Numbered from the stretch's first letter, positions 1 to 10,810 are shown. The stretch: 32,000 bases of DNA from Caulobacter vibrioides NA1000 (GCF_000022005.1 NC_011916.1); one strand, 5' to 3'. A program made the numbers and translations. The notes: a model not told the origin generated them from the sequence alone.

Positions 1-79
1 GGGCGACGTCCGCCGCGCCCAGCGCCTCAAGCGTGGCCGTCGCGTCCCAGATTCGTCGTTCGCCTGTCCGAAAAGACAT
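1..79 (-). CDS. possible 5' end of a gene running off the left edge (unidentified, first 26 codons only)
   Basis: ATG at 79-77 (minus) opens a frame (MSFRTGERRIWDATATLEALGAADVA) that stays open to position 1, with mostly G/C third positions. Too short to identify. Confidence 0.25.
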   Translation of the reverse strand, partial: MSFRTGERRIWDATATLEALGAADVA

Positions 80-113
80 ACCCGTCCTAACCGTTTCGGC
101 GAAAGCCGTGGCG

Positions 114-692
114 CTACTCGGGCGCCACCAAGCCGAACAGACGATGATCTCGCCAAGCGCCGTTAATTTTCAAATAAGCGTGGGCATATCCCTCCTCGGA
201 AAACCCGCATTTCGCGAGTAACGCGGCCGAGGCGTGGTTTTCCGGCATGCATGCGGCCTCCAGGCGGTGGAGACCAAGCCCGTGAAAGGCGAAACGGATC
301 AAGGTTTCGACGGCGTCGGCCATATGCCCCTGGCGGACATAAGGCTCACCCAGCCAGTAGCCGATGGTTCCCGTCAGCGACACACCGCGCCGCACGTGAA
401 ACAGCCGGATCGCACCCAGCAGCGCGTCGTCCTCGCGCCGGAAGATGAAGAACGGATAGGCCTCGCCAAGCTCCAGTTCGCGGGCATAGGCGGCCAGCCG
501 CGCCCGGAACGCTGCGCGGCTGAGATCGTGCTCCGGCCAGGTCGGCTCCCAGGGTTCGAGAAAGGCGCGCGACCGGCTGCGGAGGGCCGCCCACGGCGCG
601 TAGTCCCGCTGCATCGGCGGCCTCAGATAGACCGCACGGCCCTGCAACCGCAGGCGGGGACGAGGACTCAGAAACGGCAGCAAAACGGACAC
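114..692 (-). CDS. GNAT family N-acetyltransferase (RimJ/RimL-like)
   Basis: 192-aa ORF. It has the typical RimJ-like N-terminus (LRLQGRAVYLRPPMQRDYAPWAALR) and an acetyl-CoA-binding core (YVRQGHMADAVETLIRFAF). The start is GTG at 692. Confidence 0.8.
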   Translation of the reverse strand: MSVLLPFLSPRPRLRLQGRAVYLRPPMQRDYAPWAALRSRSRAFLEPWEPTWPEHDLSRAAFRARLAAYARELELGEAYPFFIFRREDDALLGAIRLFHVRRGVSLTGTIGYWLGEPYVRQGHMADAVETLIRFAFHGLGLHRLEAACMPENHASAALLAKCGFSEEGYAHAYLKINGAWRDHRLFGLVAPE

Positions 693-709
693 GCAGCCAT
701 CTTCGACCG

Positions 710-1981
710 TCAGGCCGCCGAGAACAACGCCTTGTCGAAGACTTCGCCGGCCTTGAGCGCCGACTTCGCGCCCAGCACGGCCGTCGCGGCGCGGCCGGCC
801 GCCAATAGGCGCTGACCCAGACGGGCGACGTCCTGTGGCGTCACGGCGTCGACTTCCCGCGCCAGTTCGGCGGGCGGATAGAGACGGTCAAACAGCAGCA
901 CCTGCCCAGCCCCCTGCTCAGCACGCGACAGCGGCTGCTCGCGGGCCATGAACATGTGCGCCTTCAGCTGCGCCTTGGCGCGGGCCAATTCCGCCTCTTC
1001 GATCCGGTCGGCCAGCTTGATCAGTTCGTCGGCGCAGACCTTGGCGGTCTCGACCGCGTCGCTCGCCGCGCAGCCCGCATAGATCCCCAGCGCGCCGTGG
1101 TCGGCATAGGTGTCGGCATAGGCGTCGATGTTGTAGGCCAGACCGCGTTTCTCGCGGGCCTCCTGGAAGAGGCGCGAGGACATGCCGCCGCCCAGGCATT
1201 CGGCGAAGATCCGCAGGGCGAAATAGTCGTCCTCCCGCGCGCCGCAGGCGGGCAGCATGAAGACCAGATGCGCCTGTTCGAGCTTGCGCGCCTCGGCCTG
1301 CGGGCCGCCGACAAAGGCGGCGGACTGCGCAAGCCCGACGCCCGGCGTCGCCGGCAGATCGCCGAACGCCCGCTCGGCGGCGGCCATCAGCTCGGCCTCC
1401 TCGACCGCGCCGGTGGCGGCGATCACCAGGCGATCGGCCGCGTAGAGATCGCCGCGCCAGTCCGACAGCGCCTCGACGCTGGCGGCGTTGACGGTCTCGT
1501 CGCTTCCGAGGATCGGGCGGCCGACGGGATGGTCGCCCCAGCTGGCCCGCTGGATCAGGTCGAAAACATAGTCGTCGGGCGCGTCGGCGGCCTCGGCGAT
1601 CTCCTGGGCGACGACCTGCTTCTCGCGGGTCAGATCGGCGGGATCCAGCGTCGGGCGCCGCACCAGGTCGGCGATGACGTCCATGCCAAGGTCCAGGCCG
1701 CCCTTCAGCGCCCGGACCTGGAAGCTGGTGCGCTCATAGCCCGTGGCGGCGTTGATCGACCCGCCCTGGTTCTCGATCACCTCGACGATGTCACGGGCCG
1801 AACGTGAGCCGGCGCCCTTGAACACCATGTGTTCCAGAAGGTGCGACCAGCCCGAGCGCGCCGGGTCCTCATAGGCCGCGCCCCGGCCCGCCACGACGGA
1901 CAGGGCCAGGGTTTCGAGGCCGGGCATCGGGTCGCAGACGACGCGGACGCCGTTCTTCAGGGTGCGCAAGGAAGCGGTCAT
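710..1981 (-). CDS. M16 family zinc metallopeptidase (pitrilysin / processing-peptidase-like)
   Basis: 423-aa ORF with the inverted zinc motif HLLEH followed by MVFKG. The length and architecture are typical of alphaproteobacterial M16 peptidases. Confidence 0.9.
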   Translation of the reverse strand: MTASLRTLKNGVRVVCDPMPGLETLALSVVAGRGAAYEDPARSGWSHLLEHMVFKGAGSRSARDIVEVIENQGGSINAATGYERTSFQVRALKGGLDLGMDVIADLVRRPTLDPADLTREKQVVAQEIAEAADAPDDYVFDLIQRASWGDHPVGRPILGSDETVNAASVEALSDWRGDLYAADRLVIAATGAVEEAELMAAAERAFGDLPATPGVGLAQSAAFVGGPQAEARKLEQAHLVFMLPACGAREDDYFALRIFAECLGGGMSSRLFQEAREKRGLAYNIDAYADTYADHGALGIYAGCAASDAVETAKVCADELIKLADRIEEAELARAKAQLKAHMFMAREQPLSRAEQGAGQVLLFDRLYPPAELAREVDAVTPQDVARLGQRLLAAGRAATAVLGAKSALKAGEVFDKALFSAA

Positions 1982-2027
1982 GAGGCGCGCTATCTAAGTG
2001 TTCGCGCCCCTAAACGCCAGCTTTAGC

Positions 2028-3425
2028 TCAACTATTCGCCGCGAAGGTCCGCACAAAGGCCTTCACCGACGATCCATCCGCGGGCAGACGCTCGAACTTT
2101 TCCGGCTTCTTGGAGAGGTCGGGCGTAGCGCGCGGGGTCGAGGGCAGCAGGCCCGTGGCGGCCTGAACCGCCTCTGGGAACTTGGCCGGATGGGCGGTCG
2201 ACAGCACCACGACCGGGATGGCCGGATCGATCCGGACGCCCTGGGCGGCGGCCAGGCCGACAGCCGTGTGCGGATCGACGACCTCGCCGGTCTCGTTCAG
2301 CGTCGAGAGCATGGTCTTGGCGGTGTCGGCCTCGCTGACTGACGCGCCGCGGAACAGCTCGCGCATCCAGGCATGGGCGGCGGGCGGGATGTCCAGCAGG
2401 CCGGTGTCGGCGAACGCGCGGAAGGCGCGGCCGGTCTCGACCCCGTCGCGACGCACGGCCTCGAAATAGAGACGCTCGAAGTTCGACGCGACCTGGATGT
2501 CCATGGCCGGGCTCTGGGTGGCGGCCACCGCGCCGCGCGAATAGCGGCCGTCCTCGAAGGCGCGGGCCAGGATGTCGTTGCTGTTGGTGGCGGCGGTCAC
2601 CGAATGGATCGGCAGGCCCAGCGTCTTGGCCACGAAGGCGGCGTAGGCGTCGCCGAAATTGCCGGTCGGCACCACGAAGGCCACTTCGCGCGCCGGGGCG
2701 CCCAGGGCCACGGCGGCGGTGAAGTAATAGACGCTCTGGGCCGCGATCCGCGCCCAGTTGATCGAGTTGACGCCCGACAGGTCCACCGCGTGGCGGAACT
2801 GGTCGTCCTGGAAGGCCTGCTTGACGATGGCCTGGCAGTCGTCGAACGAACCCAGCACCGAGACGCAGGCGACATTGGCGTCGGTCGCGGTGGTCATGAA
2901 CCGGCGCTGCACCTCGCTGATGCGGCCCTCGGGGAAGAGCGCGACGATGCGGGCGTTCTTGCGGCCCCGGAACGCTTCGACGGCCGCGCCGCCGGTATCG
3001 CCCGAAGTGGCGCAGATGATGGTCATCTTCCGCGACTGGCGCTCGAGCACGTAGTCGTAGAGGCGGCCCAAGAGCTGCATCGCAACATCTTTGAACGCCA
3101 GGGTCGGTCCGTGGAACAGTTCCAGCAGATAGCGGTTGGCAGTCAGTTGCTTTACCGGCGTCACAGCGGTGTGGGCGAAGGTGGCGTAGGCCTCCTCGCA
3201 CATCTGGAGCAAGTCGTCGGCGGGAATGTCGTCGCCCACGAACTTGCCGACCACGGCGGCGGCGACCTCGGCATAGGGCTTGCCGGCGAAGGCGGCGATC
3301 TGCTTGGCCGTGAAGCTGGGCCATTCGGCGGGCACGTACAGGCCACCGTCGGGGGCCAGGCCGGCCAGGACGGCGTCGAGGAAGCCGATGGGGGCGGACT
3401 GGCCGCGGGTCGAAACGTAACGCAT
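2028..3425 (-). CDS. thrC: threonine synthase
   Basis: The track ORF 2028-3794 is over-extended. The homologous part starts at MRYVSTRGQSAPIGFLDAV (ATG at 3425-3423), giving 465 aa. A PLP-lysine region (GPTLAFKD) is present. Confidence 0.93.
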   Translation of the reverse strand: MRYVSTRGQSAPIGFLDAVLAGLAPDGGLYVPAEWPSFTAKQIAAFAGKPYAEVAAAVVGKFVGDDIPADDLLQMCEEAYATFAHTAVTPVKQLTANRYLLELFHGPTLAFKDVAMQLLGRLYDYVLERQSRKMTIICATSGDTGGAAVEAFRGRKNARIVALFPEGRISEVQRRFMTTATDANVACVSVLGSFDDCQAIVKQAFQDDQFRHAVDLSGVNSINWARIAAQSVYYFTAAVALGAPAREVAFVVPTGNFGDAYAAFVAKTLGLPIHSVTAATNSNDILARAFEDGRYSRGAVAATQSPAMDIQVASNFERLYFEAVRRDGVETGRAFRAFADTGLLDIPPAAHAWMRELFRGASVSEADTAKTMLSTLNETGEVVDPHTAVGLAAAQGVRIDPAIPVVVLSTAHPAKFPEAVQAATGLLPSTPRATPDLSKKPEKFERLPADGSSVKAFVRTFAANS

Positions 3426-4111
3426 CAGGGTCTCAGTCTCCGCCAGAGCATGGCGGCATAGATAAACAGCAGGGTTACGGCAAGACCAAACCACGTAAGG
3501 GCGTATTCCAGATGCCGATTGGAAATTTCTGCCGGTAGCGGCGTGGGCGTCAGGCCTTCGAGCGCGGGCGTTTCCTGTTCGACCATCAGCACCAGCGGGG
3601 CGGGCTTGCGATCGGCGAAGCGCTCCAGGACCTTGGCGCGGTCGCCGCCCAGCTGCTCGATCGGGCTGAGCACGCCGACAACACGCCGAGGAGCCGCAAA
3701 GGCGCGCGGCGCCGGTGCGACCTGGCCGGTCAGGCCGGGCACGACGCCGCGATCGACCAGGATCATGTTGTAGGGACCGGCCAGCACCGCGCACGGCGAC
3801 TGGGCGCGCCAGACGACGTCGCCGTCACGGACGCCATAGACCAGCGGCAAGGGCTCCCCGCCCACATCGCCGCAGTCGACGCTGACCCGGGTCCAGGCCA
3901 GATCCTCTGGCCGCGCCTCGGCGGTCAGCACCTGGACCAGCGGCAGGGCCGGCGCGGTCTTCAGCGCCTCGAGCCGGGCCAGTACGCCCTCCTTCCAGTG
4001 AAGGCGCTGCAGCTGCCAGCTCCCCAGGCCGCACAGGATGGCGAAGGCGATGGCGGTGGCGATCGTCAGGCCGAAGGGAAAGCGTGTCTTGCCGGTCGAA
4101 ATCTCAGACAT
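3425..4111 (-). CDS. SURF1 family cytochrome oxidase biogenesis protein
   Basis: 228 aa with an N-terminal TM followed by SWQLQRLHWKE and a C-terminal TM (HLEYALTWFGLA), as in SURF1/Shy1. Its TGA stop shares one base with the thrC ATG (TGATG). Confidence 0.88.
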   Translation of the reverse strand: MSEISTGKTRFPFGLTIATAIAFAILCGLGSWQLQRLHWKEGVLARLEALKTAPALPLVQVLTAEARPEDLAWTRVSVDCGDVGGEPLPLVYGVRDGDVVWRAQSPCAVLAGPYNMILVDRGVVPGLTGQVAPAPRAFAAPRRVVGVLSPIEQLGGDRAKVLERFADRKPAPLVLMVEQETPALEGLTPTPLPAEISNRHLEYALTWFGLAVTLLFIYAAMLWRRLRP

Positions 4112-4466
4112 GGTCGCGTCCCGCTTCCGAGGCCTTCTGCGCGATTTGGGCGGCGACCATCAGGCCCTTGGCCGGACGCATCAGGCCAAGGCTGATCGCC
4201 ACCACGGCCGGCAGCCAGACCACGAGCGACACCCAGACCGGCCAGTTCCAGGCAAACATCGAGAACAGCGCCCCAAAGGCGCAGATCGCGCCGGCGATCA
4301 GGATGACGAAGGTCGCCGCGCCGTCGCCGGTCTCATGCTTGCCAAGCTCAAAGCCGCAAGCCTCGCAGCGGGGCGCCACCTTGAGAAAGCCGTCGAACAG
4401 ATAGCCCTCGCCGCAGTGGGGGCACAGACCGCGCGCGCCGGCGGCGTAGGGGTTCACTTTTGTCAT
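4104..4466 (-). CDS. DUF983 domain protein (zinc-ribbon membrane protein common in cox clusters)
   Basis: 120 aa with CPHCGEG...CEACG cysteine pairs followed by two hydrophobic helices. It overlaps the SURF1 start by 8 nt. Confidence 0.8.
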   Translation of the reverse strand: MTKVNPYAAGARGLCPHCGEGYLFDGFLKVAPRCEACGFELGKHETGDGAATFVILIAGAICAFGALFSMFAWNWPVWVSLVVWLPAVVAISLGLMRPAKGLMVAAQIAQKASEAGRDHV

Positions 4467-4491
4467 TCGAACCTTGGCCCGAAATCCACGC

Positions 4492-4560
4492 CCTTCGACA
4501 AGCTCAGGGTGAGGATTTCTATGTCGTCGACAGTGGCCCTCATCCTGAGCCTGTCGAAGG
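4492..4560. repeat. palindromic REP/MITE-like element, family A copy 1
   Basis: Arms ccttcgacaagctcagggtgagg (4492-4514) and cctcatcctgagcctgtcgaagg (4538-4560) pair over 23 positions with one A-C and one G-U. The same arms recur at 12229-12303 and 20162-20244. Confidence 0.85.
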
Positions 4561-4582
4561 ACGAGGGCGGCGCACCGCCCTC

Positions 4583-4622
4583 AAACGAAAAAGGCCCGGA
4601 ACGCTGTCTGGCGTTCCGGGCC
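4583..4622 (-). terminator. intrinsic terminator downstream of ctaE
   Basis: On the minus strand, a 12-bp stem GGCCCGGAACGC / GCGTTCCGGGCC with a 6-nt loop is followed by TTTTTCGTTT. It begins 18 nt after the ctaE stop. Confidence 0.85.
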
Positions 4623-4639
4623 CCCGTGGATCTTCTGAT

Positions 4640-5512
4640 CTAGTGGGCCGAGGCCCCGAAGATCACGTAGATGAACGCGAACAGGAACAGCCAGACCACG
4701 TCAACGAAGTGCCAGTACCAGGCGGCCGCTTCGAAGCCGAAGTGCTTCTGGGGCGTGAAGGCGCCGGTCATCAGGCGGATCAGGCAGACGATCAGGAACA
4801 GCGTGCCCACGAAGACGTGGAAGCCGTGGAAGCCCGTGGCCAGGAAGAAGGTCGAACCATAGAGGCCCGAATTGGCGGCGGCTTCCGAGTAGAACAGCTG
4901 CTCGTGGTTGATGTGCGCGTACTCGTACACCTGGATGGCGGTGAACAGGCAGCCCAGCACGATGGTCAGGATCAGACCCCACTTGGCGCCCTTGCGGTCG
5001 CCGACCTGCAGCGCGTGGTGCGCCCAGGTGACCGTGGTGCCCGAGAGCAGCAGGGTCAGGGTGTTGATCAGCGGCAGGTGCCAGGCCGAGACCGTCTCGA
5101 CACCGGCCGGCGGCCAGGCGGCCCAGGCGGTGCGAACTTCTTCGATCGTCGAGAGGGTGCGGTGCTCGTGGAACAGCGCCATCTCGAAGAACATCCAGAA
5201 CCACGCCACGAAGAACATGACTTCCGAGGCGATGAACAGGATCATGCCGTAGCGCAGGCCGATCGAGACGACCGGGGTGTGATCGCCCGCCTTCGATTCC
5301 TTGGCGACATCGGCCCACCAGCCGAACATCGTGTAGAGGATGCCGGCCATGCCCGCGGCGAAAATGGCCCAGTTGCCCTTTTCGATGCCGAGCACGCCGC
5401 CCTTGAGCCAACCGATCAGGCCGATGGCCATGACGGTGGCGGCGGCCGAGCCCACGAAGGGCCACGGGCTGGGCGGAAGGATGTGGTAGTCGTGTTTGAC
5501 GGCGCCGGCCAT
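4640..5512 (-). CDS. ctaE: cytochrome c oxidase subunit III
   Basis: 290 aa with a seven-helix Cox3 pattern (HDYHILPPSPWP..., WYWHFVDVVWLFLF). Confidence 0.95.
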   Translation of the reverse strand: MAGAVKHDYHILPPSPWPFVGSAAATVMAIGLIGWLKGGVLGIEKGNWAIFAAGMAGILYTMFGWWADVAKESKAGDHTPVVSIGLRYGMILFIASEVMFFVAWFWMFFEMALFHEHRTLSTIEEVRTAWAAWPPAGVETVSAWHLPLINTLTLLLSGTTVTWAHHALQVGDRKGAKWGLILTIVLGCLFTAIQVYEYAHINHEQLFYSEAAANSGLYGSTFFLATGFHGFHVFVGTLFLIVCLIRLMTGAFTPQKHFGFEAAAWYWHFVDVVWLFLFAFIYVIFGASAH

Positions 5513-5581
5513 GTTGCTGCTAACCCTTATATCCCTCTAGACGCACGGCCGGTCCCCCCGCCTATGCGTGTATGCCGAATG

Positions 5582-6232
5582 CTATAGACCTCTCGACGGT
5601 GCGCCGCCAAGGGGGTCCACGATGCGGGGCGTTGTCGCGGCCGCGACTTGCCCCGGCTTGTCGTCGTCGACCGCCGGGAAGAAGGTGTAGCTGAGAGTGA
5701 TCTCAGGCTTTCCCTTCGTTTCAGGGTCGTCCGCATATTGGGGATCTACGAAGTAGACCACCGGGAACTCTACGGTCTGGCCAGGCTGGATCGTCTGGCT
5801 GGTGAAACAGAAGCACTCCAGCTTCTGGAAGTACGGCCCCGCCTGTTCCGGCACGACGTTATAGAGCGCGCGTCCCGTGATCGGCTTGTCCGTAGGGTTG
5901 GTGACCTTGAAGAAGGTCAGACCCGTATCGCCGATGCGGATATCCTGCTTGGGCTGCAGCGCCTGGAAGCGCCAGGGCAGCTCACGGATATTGGCGTCGA
6001 ATCGTACGGTGATCTTGCGATCCAGCACACGGGTCGGGGCCACCTCGGCACGGCGGACCGTGCCGTCGAAGCCGGTCACCTGGCAGAACAGCTTGTAGAG
6101 CGGCACCGACGCATAGGCCGCGCCGATCATGCCGCAGAAGGTCGCCACGCAGATGACCGCAACCTTCTTGTTGCGACGCGCCATCTGCTGCTGCGGGGTG
6201 AGATCGTCGTTAGATGTGGGGTTTTGCGACAT
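5582..6232 (-). CDS. ctaG: cytochrome c oxidase assembly protein CtaG/Cox11 (copper insertion)
   Basis: 216 aa with an N-terminal TM, the LYKLFCQVTGFDGT motif and the CFCF copper-binding motif. Confidence 0.93.
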   Translation of the reverse strand: MSQNPTSNDDLTPQQQMARRNKKVAVICVATFCGMIGAAYASVPLYKLFCQVTGFDGTVRRAEVAPTRVLDRKITVRFDANIRELPWRFQALQPKQDIRIGDTGLTFFKVTNPTDKPITGRALYNVVPEQAGPYFQKLECFCFTSQTIQPGQTVEFPVVYFVDPQYADDPETKGKPEITLSYTFFPAVDDDKPGQVAAATTPRIVDPLGGAPSRGL

Positions 6233-6371
6233 TTCCGCCGAGCCTCACGAGGGTGACCACGAACACGAGAACGACGAAGGCGACCAGGCCCAAGGCGAGG
6301 GCCAGGTTGCGTCCGTCACGGGCTTTCTTGGCGGCCTGTTGCGCCGCGTCGGTTTCGACCGGTTGATTCAC
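6210..6371 (-). CDS. small single-TM protein between ctaB and ctaG (CoxF-like position), 53 aa
   Basis: My own translation is (GTG)[53 protein letters not shown], ending in TAA. The GTG overlaps the ctaB stop (GTGA), with GGAG 8 nt upstream. The 3' end overlaps the ctaG start by 23 nt. Third positions are mostly G/C. It falls below the 60-aa cut-off of the supplied track. Confidence 0.6.
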   Translation of the reverse strand: MNQPVETDAAQQAAKKARDGRNLALALGLVAFVVLVFVVTLVRLGGNVAKPHI

Positions 6372-7387
6372 TTCAGGAGCTCCAAGGGGCGAACGCCCGT
6401 GACCGCCTCGCCCAGCAGGGCGGCGAACAGGGCGAAGAGGTAGAGAATCGAGAAGGCGAACAGATTGCGGGCGGCCTTGGCCCCGGCGGCCTTCTCATCC
6501 TCGGTGACGTCATAGAGGGCGCGGTCGGCCACGCGCGGATCTGCGGCGTCGCCGGCCTTGCTGGCGAACACGCGCCAAGCCAGCAGCAGGAAAACGAGGC
6601 CGCCGAGACCGGACACCGCCAGATAGATCGGGCCGCCCAGGCCCGTCAGCACCGGCGACAGGCAGATCGGGAACAGGATCAGGCTGTAGAGCAGGATCTG
6701 CTTGCGCGTCTCCCGCGCGCCCTTGACCACGGGAAGCATCGGCACGCCGGCCTTGGCGTAGTCGGTGGTCACATACAGCGACAGCGCCCAGAAGTGCGGC
6801 GGGGTCCAGAAGAAGATGATCGCCACCATCAGCCAGGCGTTCAGGGGCGCCGAGCCCGTGGCGGCGGCCCAGCCGATGGCGGGCGGCAGCGCGCCCGCAA
6901 GGCCGCCGATGACGATGTTCTGCGCCGTCCAGCGCTTGAGCCACATCGTGTAGACGACCGCGTAGAAGACGATCGTGAAGGCCAGGAGGCCGGCGGCCAG
7001 CCAATTGACCGCAAAGCCCAGGAACATCACCGACAGCAGGGACAAAACCACGCCCAGCGAGGCGGCCTCCTCGCCCTTGATCTTGCCGGCCGGAACGGGG
7101 CGGCCGCGCGTGCGGCGCATCTTCTGGTCGATGTCGGCGTCGTACCACATGTTGAGCGCGCCCGAGGCGCCCGCGCCCACGGCGATGCAGAGCACGGCGA
7201 TGGCGGCCAGCACGGGATGGATCGGCGCGCGCGCGGCCAGGAGGCCCGTCAGACCGGTGAAGACCACCAGCGACATGACGCGCGGCTTCATCAGCTGAAA
7301 ATAGTCCTGCCAGCGGGCGGTTTCCGACGAATCCCGCAGCGGGGTCGTCTCGGCGCTGTCAGACGTCATGGCGGCTGTCTTTGACAT
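6368..7387 (-). CDS. ctaB: protoheme IX farnesyltransferase (heme O synthase)
   Basis: 339-aa polytopic UbiA-superfamily protein with the [15 protein letters not shown] motif. An alternative ATG lies at 7369. Confidence 0.93.
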   Translation of the reverse strand: MSKTAAMTSDSAETTPLRDSSETARWQDYFQLMKPRVMSLVVFTGLTGLLAARAPIHPVLAAIAVLCIAVGAGASGALNMWYDADIDQKMRRTRGRPVPAGKIKGEEAASLGVVLSLLSVMFLGFAVNWLAAGLLAFTIVFYAVVYTMWLKRWTAQNIVIGGLAGALPPAIGWAAATGSAPLNAWLMVAIIFFWTPPHFWALSLYVTTDYAKAGVPMLPVVKGARETRKQILLYSLILFPICLSPVLTGLGGPIYLAVSGLGGLVFLLLAWRVFASKAGDAADPRVADRALYDVTEDEKAAGAKAARNLFAFSILYLFALFAALLGEAVTGVRPLELLK

Positions 7388-7494
7388 CGATCCAAAACAT
7401 ACAGGTCTTGAACAGGAGAGGGGCGCGACCCGGACCCTTAAGGATCCCGCCCGCGCCCCCCCCTTTTAGGTCCGGTTACGGACGACGGTTCACC

Positions 7495-9165
<1,671 letters not shown>

Positions 9166-9179
9166 CTACGATCGTATTC

Positions 9180-10109
9180 TTAGGCCGCCGGCGCGGCAGG
9201 AGCCGCGGCCGGAACGGAAGCGGGGGCGGCCGGAGCCGAGGCGGGGGTCGCGCCCGAAGCCGCGGGGGCTTCAGCCGGAGCCGCCGCAGGCGCGGGCGGA
9301 GCGGTCTTGGCCTTAACCCAGGCGTCGAACTCGGCTTGGGTCACGACCTTGATCTCGATCGGCATGAAGGCGTGGTCGACGCCGCACAGCTCCGAGCACT
9401 GGCCGTAGAACACGCCGGTGCGATCGGCCTTGAACCAGGTTTCGTTCAGGCGGCCGGGAATCGCGTCGGTCTTCAGACCGAAGGCCGGCAGGGCGAAGGC
9501 GTGGATCACGTCGGCGGCGGTGACCTGGACGCGGACGACCTTGTTCACCGGAACGACCATCGCGTTGTCGGCGGCCAGCAGATACGGGACCTTCTTGGCC
9601 TCGGCCTGTTCCTTGGTCAGCGGCAGCGAGATGATTTCGCTGACCTTCTGGTCCGGGTACTCGTAGCCCCAGTACCACTGATAGCCCGTGGCCTTCACGG
9701 TCAGGTCCGGCTTGGGCATGTCGTTGTAGTGGAACAGCAGGCGGAACGAGAAGATGGCGATGACCATCAGGATCAGGACCGGCACGACCGTCCAGATCAC
9801 CTCGATCGTGGTGTTGTGGCTGAACTTGGCGGCGACCGGATTCGCCTTCTTGTTGTAGCGAACAACGATCCAGATCAGCAGGCCCAGCACCAGCAGGGTG
9901 ATGGCCGTGATGATCGGCATCAGGATCCAGTCATGGAACCAGATCGCGTGGTGCTTCAGCTCCGACGCGGCCGGCTGGAGGTCGATGGCCCCCGGCGTCG
10001 GCTGGCCCATCAGATCTTCCGCGAGCGCGTGTCCCGCGAACATCATCGTAGCGGCGAGGGCGGACGCGCCCGTCATGATCCGCCGAATCCCCGAAAATTG
10101 CGCCTTCAT
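9180..10109 (-). CDS. ctaC: cytochrome c oxidase subunit II
   Basis: The CuA site CSELCGVDHAFMP is present. I prefer the ATG at 10109 (MKAQFSGIRRIMTGASALAATMMFAGHALA, signal-peptide-like) over the GTG at 10175 used by the track. The C-terminus is a 41-residue Ala/Pro-rich tail. Confidence 0.92.
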   Translation of the reverse strand: MKAQFSGIRRIMTGASALAATMMFAGHALAEDLMGQPTPGAIDLQPAASELKHHAIWFHDWILMPIITAITLLVLGLLIWIVVRYNKKANPVAAKFSHNTTIEVIWTVVPVLILMVIAIFSFRLLFHYNDMPKPDLTVKATGYQWYWGYEYPDQKVSEIISLPLTKEQAEAKKVPYLLAADNAMVVPVNKVVRVQVTAADVIHAFALPAFGLKTDAIPGRLNETWFKADRTGVFYGQCSELCGVDHAFMPIEIKVVTQAEFDAWVKAKTAPPAPAAAPAEAPAASGATPASAPAAPASVPAAAPAAPAA

Positions 10110-10440
10110 ATCCCTCACGGCCCGTTTCGGCGGCGATTTGAGCCCGATCAAGGCCCGCGCCGCGCCGACATGCACATTACGACTGTCGATAAGGTCCTGC
10201 GCAATCGACTTTGCTCAAAATGAGTCGCGTGTCGACGCCCAGCCCGCCCGATTGTCGGTCCGGAGGCTGCATACGCGCATCGCTAGCCCTTGCCAAGCGC
10301 CAGAGCCCACGCGCTGAGCATGGGAACAGCCCGTAACCCCCGCCCCGAGGGGGTTCAGTCGCGAATGCCTCTCAGAAACCCCCGAATTCGGCGTCCGGAT
10401 CATTACGTATCATTCATGAGTAGGTACCTTGCACCACTCA

Positions 10441-10454
10441 GTACCGGGCGGTAC
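10441..10454. promoter_or_regulatory. palindrome GTACC-N4-GGTAC 30 nt upstream of padR (candidate operator)
   Basis: gtaccgggcggtac is an inverted repeat. A third GGTACC lies at 10423-10428. All three sit in the ctaC/padR divergent region. No known consensus was matched. Confidence 0.2.
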
Positions 10455-10483
10455 AAGGGAGCATCAACGGAGGCAAGGACGCC

Positions 10484-10810
10484 GTGCCGGAAACAATTGA
10501 AATCCAACTGAAGAAAGGCGTGCTGGCGCTCTGTGTGCTGGCTCTGCTCTCGCACGCCGACAGCTACGCCTACGAGATCGCCAGCAGGCTCACGAGGGAC
10601 ATCGATATGGGGGAAGGGACGATCTATCCGCTGATGCGCCGCATGCAGTCGGATGGCCTGGTCGAGACCTATCTGGTGGAAAGCCAGAGCGGCCCGCCGC
10701 GCAAATACTACCGCCTCACCGCCGCCGGGCGCGAAAGCCTGGCGCAGCAGAAGGCCGAATGGACCGCGTTCGCCACGGCGGTGAACAACATCGTGGGAGC
10801 CGCCGCATGA
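10484..10810 (+). CDS. PadR family transcriptional regulator
   Basis: 108 aa with a GTG start and GGAGG 10 nt upstream. It shows the winged-helix PadR pattern (LKKGVLALCVLALLSHADSYAYEI...GTIYPLMRRMQSDGLV...PRKYYRLT). Confidence 0.9.
   Translation: MPETIEIQLKKGVLALCVLALLSHADSYAYEIASRLTRDIDMGEGTIYPLMRRMQSDGLVETYLVESQSGPPRKYYRLTAAGRESLAQQKAEWTAFATAVNNIVGAAA

Noticed and set aside
4460-4566. Peptide-like strings PFDKLRVR and LSLSKDEGG recurring in several track ORFs (also near 12230 and 20165).
   Set aside because: They are translations of the family A repeat arms, not a conserved protein motif.
10290-10511. A 73-aa plus ORF and a 62-aa minus ORF (10215-10403) in the ctaC/padR intergenic region.
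   Set aside because: Neither has a Shine-Dalgarno sequence. Both are basic, low-complexity products with poor third-position GC bias, and the plus ORF overlaps the well-supported padR start out of frame.
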